In this document: in pieces, positions 26,601 through 38,600 of the stretch | Layout of the letters: every line of letters starts with the position of its first letter | Position numbering within the stretch: position 1 is the first letter of the stretch | Program-made: the position numbers and the translations under genes | The notes under the pieces: generated by a model | Told to the model about the DNA's origin: nothing | What the model saw: the letters and a program-made list of their open reading frames with translations, nothing else | Databases searched by the model: none | Source: Antedon mediterranea | Taxonomy: Eukaryota; Animalia; Echinodermata | Length of the DNA: 64,000 nt | Assembly: GCF_964355755.1 (NCBI RefSeq) | Contig: NC_092672.1 | Span: 35,718,437-35,782,436, forward strand | Direction of reading: 5' to 3'

Positions 26601-29600
26601 AAGTACCGCATCAAGTAGTATTTTGTTTCTGAAAAGGTAATTATGATCAGTTAATATTACCATAGAGATATTATAATATCTCTATGATATTACTCTGGAC
26701 AAGAAATTGGGATATTGTTAAAATCCCCAACGAATCTACACCAGGGATAAAAGTATAAATCGTACGATGATTGATCCAGTAGTTGTAAGTTTAATGTAAT
26801 ATGACTTTAAATTTGGAAGTATCTAACTAACAACCTACTAACAACCATTGTATAATATTCGAGCATTATGATAACAAAAACAAATCAATCTATTGATAGG
26901 TTTATTCAAGTTCAAACGAGGCTACTGTGCTGGATCTATTACATCAACAGCGAGCCATGGGCGTTATTTTGCAAGGTATATGAGTGTACAGTATAAAGAA
27001 CAACAATACAGCAAGCAGCACTTTGAAAAACACCACCAGCTAGCATTGTATTCAAATTACTAAAGGTCAAACCTATCTGAACAATGAATAGCTTTAAAGA
27101 ATGCAAGAGAAGGAAAACACCAACATATAATCAAAACAGCTGATCAGTAAATCAATTAAACTGGAAAATTAACATTATAAGCAAAATACGGATCGGATCG
27201 TTGACCAATGAAAATTAACAATGTTGTCTCTGCATGCAACAAGGCTTTTATTTGCTTAAATGAATTTTATAATTGTTAATAATTGTTGAATATTAAATGA
27301 ATAACTTTATTTATCTATTATACACTGAGGATACAGCACCAAGGGTTGATTTTTATACTACAGTGCAAGACTTTTGTAGAAATAGAATTGATGGTGGTGA
27401 TAATGAGTATGACGACCTATTCTGTGTTAGATTTAAAACCCGAACTCACAAATTAATCTCATTTTTACAAATAACTTTGCAATTCTTTGCTAAATACACC
27501 TAATCAACTATAAAACTGTACAAAGGAATTAAGTCAAAACTATATTACTATTAATAGTGGTCATTCAAAAGATCATAAAATGCTTATCTGGGTCTAATGC
27601 AGATATTTAAAGGTAATTCTTTAACAAATCATGTGATAAAAAAAAAGAAGTTTAATGCCTACATTTTAATAGAAACCTTTGTTTAAAAAGTTGTTTAAAA
27701 TTCGCAGATTATCTATAAAAAAAAATAAATCATAAGAAATCTATTCAACTTAGATTTTTGAATCAGCCAATTCTTTATATTATCTTTTTAATACCTGGTG
27801 TGTAATGGATCTTGTAACAATCATTTTGCAGTTACTGCAGTAACTAAACTTTTACCACAATATTGTTTGTATTGATTTTTTAGTATTTTTTCAAGCTTGT
27901 TAATGTTAAATACCTGCAACTGGAAAAAAATGTAGTTACTTTCAGTAACTGCAGTATGTATGTAAATGTTGATTATTTATTATTAAAATAAAAATGCAAG
28001 TATTTTGAAGCAAAGTAATAATCAAGCACCTCAGCTTTAAAACATTGATTAAGATTAATAAGATGATTGAAAATTATGACAAATGTACAGATATATTCAT
28101 CAAAAGAAAAAACTACAGTAATTCTCACAATGGGTTTATCTCTTTGGCAAATTCTAGTCTATATTTGAACTCCCTGAACAAACAATCCCGCATCATGTCG
28201 CCCAAACTTGAAGCACCACATATCACAATAAATGACGTTAAATAGATAAGGGGGAGTCAATGGTGTCAACGGAAGTTCAACTTCAACCCCCCACCTGCTT
28301 ACGGACCTCTATTACATAATAATTTATCTTTTTAATCTAAATCTTCTTTATAAATTTTTTAATATGGTAGAGCCTCTATTAATGGGACACCTTCAGGACC
28401 CAACAAAGTTCCCCCTAAATAGCGGTTGGCTTCATTCGTTTAACCGCAAAGTGTCCACTTACAGTAATAGGGGTGTTACTTAAAGTTAATGGAGTATTTC
28501 GAAAGTTAAGTTACATTCTCAATGAACAAGTTTGAATTAACATTTAGGCCTACAGTACCATTCAAATAGGAAAAAAAACATTTTTAACAGATTTTACAAA
28601 AGTTCCTAATCAAATACGCCAAAATGAGATATCAAAATAATGATTTGTACACAATTCATAGCAAGTACTATAAACTGGGTTAATAGCTATCAACCCAGTA
28701 CTTAATTCTATTGGATAATGTTTTTGCCATGTGTGAGGAAAGTTAATGGCAAATCAACACAAAATATGAATACAAGTAAAACATGTGGACTGACATTAAA
28801 ATCTCATTGTGTTATATAAAAGGCTAATGGAATAGGTCAAAGTTCAGTCTTCAATCCAAATGTCATGCTAGAGTTCAAGTAAAGACAAAAGTAAAAAAAA
28901 GGACGAAAAACTGTAAATCTACTAAACAAATTATTATTTCAAAAATTGATCTTTCTACTGCAGTTACTGCAGAAACTATTATACTTTTACTGCAATAGTA
29001 TGATTTTAATTTGTTTATAAAGCAGTTTATAAAGGCAGTCAGTGCATTAAACACTGCATAGCTGAAAAGAAGATTGCTAATTTGCATAAACAGGTTTAGA
29101 GATTAACCAAATGTAGTTACTCTAGTAACTGCAGTACATGTACGTGCCACTGAGACAAGATACGTCCACTCAATCCATTAAAAAAAGCAAGACATTGTAT
29201 TACTGAAAGTTGTTGTTAGTTAGTTATCTAACAACAAGCAATAACAGATATCACGCCACTGTCTTCCTAGTGTAATTGAATGTGTATTTAACACCGGTAC
29301 AAGGTCTATTGAGGTTATACATATTGGATTGAAAGTCAACAATGATGTAGGTGAAAATCTGTTGTACATCATTAAAACTTCCTTGTTGCGGTTTTCATAT
29401 TCTTTATTTCACAGCTGAGAATTGTTATTAAGTTTAGGAAAGTTTGTTTACTAAATGTCAGACAAATAATGCAACAAAACATAATGCAACTTCGTTTTGC
29501 TCTGTGTACACTATCAAATTTTGTGACAAAAAAATGTGATGTGCACATATGACATGATTGATGATGTAATATCACTACCATATTTGGGCAAATAACACTT

Positions 29601-32600
29601 TTCTTGTCAAACTAGTTTGATAGTGTAGACAGAGCTTTACTTACAGGTTTATTTAGTGTGTGGAAATATATTGTGAAATGTGAGTGATACAAAAACAACT
29701 AAATGAACTACTGTAAACTAATCTTTTTTTTCAATAGTTTGTAAAGCTTTGTCCTACACAGAAAAGTGTGATATGCTCAAATATGGTAGTGATATGGGCA
29801 CATCACATTATTTTGGCACATGAAGTTTGATAGTGTAGAGAGAGCTTTAAACCAATTATTTATGAAATGATTTGAACTAGTAGTAGTACACTACGGCAGT
29901 TTAATAATTACTTGCATTTGTCGTATTCGATTGGGTGACCATTGTCCTCAACAGAAAGTACTTATTTTATTTTTAATGGTAAACATTTGAGAAAAGTATG
30001 TTTCTTGAGTACTTATTTAACATCCAAATACTTAAATATATACCCTACTCAGTAGAAAGTCAACGTTAAAGTCCCAAATCACAGTTTCCTTATTAAAACT
30101 GTATTATGTTGGAATGACAGCCTAGGGGGCAGCAGACTGATTCTATTGTTCACTTTTACACAATCCCACAGGCCTAGTAAAATCTAAACCTCAATAAAAT
30201 GGTTTGTGCTGAAATTTCCTACACCAAGAGTACAAGATTGAACTCTATCTCTAATGCAATCAAATATACAGTATACTGAGATCTGAAGTCAATATTTTGA
30301 TCAATGCCATGAGCCAGTTGGCCACACATCAAAATGTACTAAGTTGGCCTTAAAAAGTTTGTATTTTAATAGGACTTTCACCTAATGGAGTTTTTTTTTT
30401 GGTGGCAATGGACGACTTTACTAAATTACAAATTACTACTATCAATGCCATTTTGGTTGGAGAAACCTTTTCCTAGATAAAGGTTTGTTTCAAGATGAAG
30501 GATGGTACTGTCTACTTTTAGTAAGTGAGTGGCCAAGCAATTAAGACAGTGGAACCGTAATACCTTGCCATATTAACATCAGCAAGGGTTCGAGGCTCAC
30601 CAGCTCCATAGTTCTTGTGGTAGAATGAGTCTTCTTGGATAAGGACTATAAACCGTAGGTCCAGTGTACACAACTGGCTCATGTGTACTTTATTTCAAGA
30701 ATCTTTCGAGACAAGTGGGGGGTTACCCCGGTGTACTAGTAAACACACAGCCATTGTCACACACAGATACTTAACATAACTCATCAAGAGAGGCCCCTTA
30801 AATATGGTGAAATATGGTGAAATTTAAAAAATAAAAAAAAAAGTTAAACTGGCCAATAATGAACAGGATGGACGGTGCATAAATGAATATGCTGAATTCA
30901 CAGCATGATTTGATTTGAATTTATTCGGAAGTACACAAATATACATTACAATTGGTAAACAAGAACAATTAAAACATACGGTTAGTCTTCCATGGATAAC
31001 CCAAAAAGCCATATACTGTTTTTGTCCAATACACTTCAGCGCGAACAATAAAAAGATCTGCGAGATCTGAGCTTACTTCACGCAGATTAATATTTTGTAT
31101 AAATTAACATCTCCTTTTGTCTGTTGGCCAGAAATGAAAGATCTTTAACAAAGTACAGTATTTACCATATATTTCGGTGTACAAGTCGCACCTGTGTATA
31201 AGACCCATAACGGAGACTGAAATATTAGTATTTTTTATAATAGTTTATAATAATGATTTATTAAGTTGCATAATTTTGAACATTCCAACACTGTACACTA
31301 CAAACTGTATACACACCTACTCTAATGTAATTAATGTTCACTACACATTGTTAATGTTATGCTTTTGATACATTAAGAATGAGACAAATTATAATTGCTT
31401 TGTCTGGAAAATATGTCGGCTATGTACTGAATTTTGATCTTTTGGGAACTGATAATATAACATATTAATTATGTTTCATTTTTTCAATTATTTCAATATA
31501 ATATTTGAATTACTGTTTTATCACTGTGTTACTCACAGAAACCACAATGTCCTATATCCCATGGGATGCAAAGGATTAAAGTATTTATTAGACCAAATGG
31601 TCCTATTGTAGATATCAAATCTAAAGCTCTGTCTACACTATCAAACTTTATGTGACAAAAAAAAGAAGTGATGTGCCCATATATGGACACGATGATGTCA
31701 TCACTACCATATTTGGGCAAATAACTATCATATTTAGTTAGGAAAATCACTACAATATTTTTTGTCAAACTAGTTTGATAGTGTAGACAGAGCTTATTGC
31801 AATGGACGACGAAATATATAATTATGCCGTACATCTGTAATATACTGTACAACACAGAATTACCCAGTGGAATCTTCATAAGTACAGATTATTAGGGTCC
31901 ACAGATTTTTAAATAAAAGTAAAGTGTTGGCATAACATTAACATCTGGGAAAGCTTTATCGACAGGGTTTATGATTTAATTGACCCCAGGTCAAAAAGGA
32001 ATAATATAAAAAGCATAAGTGTATGAATACCAAATACTGTAAATGTAAATTTCTTATGAAAATCTGACATAGGATTTCTTTATCTAACGAGTATGACTCA
32101 CAGTTCTATATCATTTTTATTTATATACCACCTTTTACAATGATCAAAGCGTTTAAATACAGTATGTATTTTAACATAGAGGATAAGATGGATGCCTACA
32201 GTATACCACAGCATTGCCAGTGTAGTATAGCTAAATGTTACTCAGGTTCCTTGTACAGTATAACAATTTTTTTCAGTTCTTTTTTTCTTGATCTAAGCTA
32301 ATAATTTTATTAGTTCAGTTCAAATTCTGAGAAAAGCATAGTACGACAATGACGTTCAAGGCTTTGTCCCCAATGAAATTATCCGCATTATTAAAGAAAG
32401 ATGGTGTGATTTGTGATGCAAATAAACATGTGTTCTTTTTGGAAGTTTTCACTATGTGAACATGATTTAAAGGTTATTAAACGAATGAATATAAGTGTGT
32501 ACTTTTAGGGTATGTCCAGACATACAGAGCTATGGTTTTGTATCGTACATCGAGGTCACATTGTAATTAGTGTTGTATAGTGATGTATAGCCTAGGTGGG

Positions 32601-35600
32601 TGCAAAGCTGTTCAGACTCGATGAAATAATTTTTTGTTACAATAAAGCTCTGTCTACACTATCAAACTTTATGTGACAAAAAATGTGATGATGTCATATC
32701 ACTACCATATTTAAGCATATCACTACCATATTTGGGCACATCACATTTTTTTTGTCAAAATAGTTTGATAGTGTAGACAGAGCTTGAGAGTCACAAGAGC
32801 TGAATCTTTGTCAACAATGTTTGTTTTTTGATAAATCTACTGTGGAATGTAAATTAAGTATACAAGATATAAACGGACATCAGATAATAGAATCTTGACA
32901 TAATTAATTAAATGCAAATTAGAGCAATGCATTTAAGTATAAGATAAGGTCATCAACCTCTTTTAGATAGTTATGCTGCATAACATTAAAAAAATGTGTA
33001 ATATTATATAAAATGTATATTGTATACATTTGTGCTACTCCAATAATAAAACTAAAACACCCAAAATGGAAGCAGACTGAAGGTCACCAGTGGTCATTCA
33101 AATAACAATTGTTTTGCATTTTAGTTTAAAAGTGATGTACTTTGGTTAAAATGGTGTTTTTTTAACCATTATTTTGGCAGTAAATCGTGGGATAAATTAC
33201 AACGGGATAAATTAAAATTATTAAATTTGCTCGCAGCAACAGAAGCCAGCGTCGTGTTAAAAAAATGCTGAAAATATCAAGGACAACATATTGTTCAAAA
33301 CAACATTTCTTGATAACATGAATGCCAGAATACATTAATTATTTTGAAATGAGTTTAGTTCTGCCACTTGATGTGTCATGAACAAAATACATTTTAGAGG
33401 CCTCTGTCTGCTGAATCATTATAAAAAAACAGTTTTATTTAGAAGAAAAGACAAAATGTGATGTATTAGCAACATTAATAATGGCATGGTAGCAAGCCAT
33501 CATTCTAAATTAGGCTTCTCTTTTTTTTTAACTGAAGAAAGGTCTATGAAATGGACAGCTCAACTATCTGAAGTTCTTTTTTTTTGCCACAATATAAAGC
33601 TCTGTCCACACTATCAAACTAGTTTGACTAAAAAAGTGTGATGTGTCCATGGTGGTGATATGCTTAAATATGGTAGTGATATGACATCATGATGTCCATA
33701 TATGGGCACATCACATTTTTATACATAAATTTTGATAGGATTAACAACAATTACAGTCTTTAAGCACTTTCTCGACGCCGATAAATCCCCAGCACTTTTT
33801 TAAGAAGCCTACATATTAATAATACGTATAGATATCATAAATATCACACGAGTACAGGCAGACAACCACCTGACATATCAGGAGGCAGACATGTGATCAC
33901 CACACATCGAAAATAATCGCATGTTCTCTACGACTATTGATTTTCATCATCTACCTATGATTACGAAACATTTCCTACTGACACTTTCACTGCTGGCTTT
34001 ATTAAGATATCTCTGCTATAATTATAAAACACAACCCACTCGATTATATATATTCGGTTGGATGCATAATTAGTGGACTGAATGATTACTGTTGACTTAT
34101 GCTACCAGAATTTAATGAATTTAATTTTATTTTGCAATGCTGTGAAATATTTGCCTTAGTTAATACATTGCATTATAAATCAGAACGTGTACTGTAGTAG
34201 CATTTAAAATAGTTTTGACGTTTATCTAAAATTAAATATATATTGGGGTTTAAATTTAGATTCTTCTGGCAAGGTACGGTGGCCAACATCAAATATTCAT
34301 TCCCGATCCCTTTTTATCCACACAGCCTAAAATTTATTTTAACTAAGTTAACCCACATCTAGCTTAATTTCCACATAAAAAATACAACCCACTGACTCTG
34401 TTAGTGTTAAAGGCCAGGTGCGGGCAAAAAATTTCTATTGATCATACATTCCAATAATTATCGATCTATAGTTTCCCCCATGTTTCATAATTTTTGGGAT
34501 TTTATTTGTGTTACACGAGCTTGTTGAAAATTAGCACTTTCATATCACAAATTTTGAAAGTAGAGAGGCATTTTAAAAAGCTATGAAAAATAAACGGTGT
34601 GGTAAAAAATGTTATCAGATGACTAAATATAGGTAATATAACTTGAATTTTACATTTCTTGTATTTTTATTCAACTTCAGGGTTTTATTTTCATGCTATA
34701 GCAAAAATTATCCACCGTATATCCACCATCTCTTTTCACCTTCTAGGGAGTCACCAGACATGTTATTACATTATGTTAACTACCTAACTACTGAAAAAAA
34801 GTCTTCGTTGTTTTTTTGGCAGAATTTTGCCAAATTTTGTATTTGACCATATTAGGGGAAATTCATGGTTTTTCGTCTTGATTTCTGTTACAAATATTTG
34901 ATTTATGTACAATTAACCAGATGTTATATTTAAAATTCATGCCTGTATCTGAGCTTTAAAGCCTTAAAATCTTGACACCTTTGATTTTTTTCATTTTTCC
35001 CCTTTCAAATATGTTATAATAACAGTTCATTCTTATATAGTGCATATAAGCAAGCTCACAATGCACACTGCACATTATTACCCCAGTCATTTTTTGGATC
35101 ATACATGTATGGAAATATCCTCCCTTAATAAAGGCAGCTAGTAATCAAGATCATGCAACATTTGTTTAATCTTTGGAATTACAAGATTCTAGTATTCAAC
35201 AATTTATGTACATTCAAGGTCTATCTATTATAGATCGGAACGAGTCTACACGTATCAACTCTAAACCTTGGAAAAATAAAATGTTAAAAAAACTAATAGT
35301 AATACTAGTCATTTAAAAACGCAAATTAAATTAACAATTCTGATAACACTACCCGCAAATGGGTTGTGTTCATGAAAAATAAAATCATACGATATTATAC
35401 AAGGTATAAATCATACGATGTAACAAAGTTTACCCAAGCATGTCATGATGATCTTGAAGGAGGCTGCAATGATAGGGTTAAAGGTAATTTCTTGTCTCCT
35501 ATTTTATTGATGCATATTGAAACACCTGTTTTAACTCATTATACTACATTTAATGTTTCTTTGTTTCCATAGCAACACATGTAAATTATAACATTACTGT

Positions 35601-38600
35601 ATTAACAATAGGAAGCGATGATGAATGTGAGGATATCAAACATTTTTTTTTATTGGCTATGGTAACTGTTTCTCTTTGATGGAAAATTTGTTGTGAACTT
35701 GTAAAAGGTTAAAAACTATTATAGAGGGCACTGCAACATATTTTTATAACATTTGCGTCATTCACATTCATATTTTTTTTTCAATAAAGGACCCAAACAA
35801 ATATTTTCTGAATAGTTAATAATGAAATGTTAGCTTCTATATAATATAGCTGAGTTAAAACATACGGAAAGCCAAATGCGCCAAAAGTATGTGTTTGTTA
35901 GCCTTTCATAAAACATATTTAATAGGGTTCACCACTGGCTTACAGGGCAAGTACTATAACAATGAAAACTCCCATAACAGTCACTGTCGGTGTGTCTACA
36001 CTATCAAAAAAAAATGTATGATGTGCCTATATATGGTAGTGATATGACATCATTGTGTCCATATATGGGCACATCACATTTTTTTTCACATAAAGTTTGA
36101 TAGTGTAGACAGAGCAGTTTAAAACAACACCAGATGAATTTGAACAAAAACAATGAACAATTTACAGATGAATAAAAAAAAATCTTACCTCTTTTTCATC
36201 ATCATCTTCATCATTTTCTTCATCATCAGTAGATGATTCAACAAACTCAGCACTTTTGTAGTTGCTACCTGACCCTGCCATAGATGTTGAGGTATTGGCT
36301 TTACTTTCTTTTGGTTTACTTTTTGTCCTTAGTAAAATACAAAGTATCATTAAAGCGTGGTTCCACTAGCGACGCAAAATTGTATCAATGAAAAGTACTG
36401 TATTGCGTAAAAAAACTGACGCAACAGCGTCTAAAATGTTACAGTTATTATTTAATTTATACGCATCCAACAGCGAGTAACTCACCAATTATAGGATGGA
36501 TAAACTATTTTATAATTTATCAAGCTTATAAACTAAATCTCATTTGAGGCGTAGGGAGTGGAGTTGAAAGAGCTGTGAGTTACAACCCTGGCATTAGGTC
36601 AGGATTGAACCCTAGACCTTGGGATTGGGTGGCAAGCACGTTAACCACCAAACTACAGCTCCACTAAAAATTTCACATTCACTACACCAAGATCAAATAG
36701 TGTCACATTGCAACACACAATGAAAGCAGTGGAGAGAAGACTTTATTCACTCTCCAATTTTTATTTTAAATAAAAAGAAATTATTTAAACTTACTTTTTC
36801 TTTAATGGTTTATTATCCTCTTCATCATCACTACTAGCAGATCCTTTCTCTGCTAACTCCTTCTTGTAAATTTCCATCGCCTCTTCATATTTCTCTTTTT
36901 CACCCAAATACATTTTGTTCCATTTTGATTTATCATCTAGCTTACCCCACATCACCCCAGCCTTTTTCGATACATCCGTTATAGATATGCCTGGATATTC
37001 AGATTTTATTTGTTCACGATGTTCACCCAACCATAACATGTACGCAGATTGCGGCCTTTTCGGTTTGTTTTTGTCTTTTACTTTCTTTGTTCTGGGTTTT
37101 CTTGGTTTTGAAGACTGTAAAATGAAACATCAACGTTATTTCTGAATATTATGTCTGGGAATTTCGACTAATTGTGAATAAAACAATAATATAAACATCA
37201 AACTTACAACTTTTCTGACTTTTTTTGGTTTTGATTCCTTCTTCTCCTTCTTTCGTTTTTTTGCTCTCCTTTCCGTTTTTATTTCACCTTCCTCAACTTC
37301 TTCATCCTCTTCTTTAACTTCTGGGTCGTTTTGACTGTCGCCCCCTTCATCTTCAGAGTCACTTGAATTTGACGTGCTTACATTACTGTCATATCTGCGG
37401 ATAATATAACAACCCTTATAAGGAAATTTTATTTAAATATTGACTGAGCTAAGCTCCCCAGTACGCTTAGCTATTTATTGCATATCTGGAAGCGACAAAC
37501 TATCAAATAAGGTCTCTAGGCCTACTCCAAACAAGGCCTCTAGGCCTATTTCAACCAAGGCTTCTAGGTTTACCCCAACCAAGGCCTCTAGGCCTACTCC
37601 AAACAAGGCCTCTAGGCCTACTCCAACCTAGGCAGCTAGGCCTACTTCAACCTAGGCATCTAGGCCTACTTCAATCAAGGCCTCTAGGCCTACTCCAAAC
37701 AAGGCTTCTAGGCCTACCCCAACCAAGCCTTCTAGGCCTACTCCAACCTAGGCATCTAGGCCTACTCCAAATCAGGCATCTAGGCCTGCTCCAACCTAGG
37801 CATCTAGGCCTGCTCCAACCTAGGCATCTAGGCCTGCTCCAACCTAGGCATCTAGGCTTACTCCAAACGAGGCCTCTAGGCCTACTGCAACCAACCGTTT
37901 GTACTTACTCTTCAGCACATGAACTGGCACTCTCCAATGGATTAAAGTCATCATCTACAAACAAAATATTAAATGTATTAAAATTATATTCATTTTACAT
38001 CACAGCTACTATAGTCAACTCTCCTAAAAACCTTGCAATCAAACTATTAATAGATAGTGGAGTTGTGGCACGGTGATTATGATGGGTCCTGGTTTAAGTC
38101 CTGTCATATGTCAGGATTTTTTCTAATGATAAATTACAACTCCACTACCAAAGACTTGTAATAAGACTTTGTTTATGTAGAGCATCTTGTGTATTTGTTT
38201 GTCTTGTGAACAGGATTGCTACCTTTAAGAAGGATAGTAAATGAATTCGCTTATGGTTATTCTTGGCAATTTGCTAAAAAAAATTCTTTAAATTGGAATA
38301 ATTCAAAGTAAAAACATACCGTCTTCATCGTCATCATCATCTTCTACACCCATCACGTAATCTTCATCTTTTTCTCTTCCTTCTGCTTTCACTTGCACCA
38401 GGTAAGCATCATGTTCATCCTCATCTTCACTTCCGAATATTTCATCATAGTTGACAGTGTCCTAAAAAGATTCACGGTGTATTAAATGGTTCAACATCAA
38501 AAATAAATATTTTTTTTAATATACATATGATAATATACAGTGAGAGATAAAAGAGTTGCATTAAATGATTCTTGGTGTATTCAATATTTCATTACCATTA

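Noticed and set aside
32843-32864. miR-1-like sequence TGGAATGTAAATTAAGTATAC
   Set aside because: Diverges from miR-1 after position 11 and has no evident precursor hairpin.
37440-37631. KASRPTP-repeat ORF
   Set aside because: Translation of the 24-bp minisatellite, antisense to SSRP1, with stops in later units.
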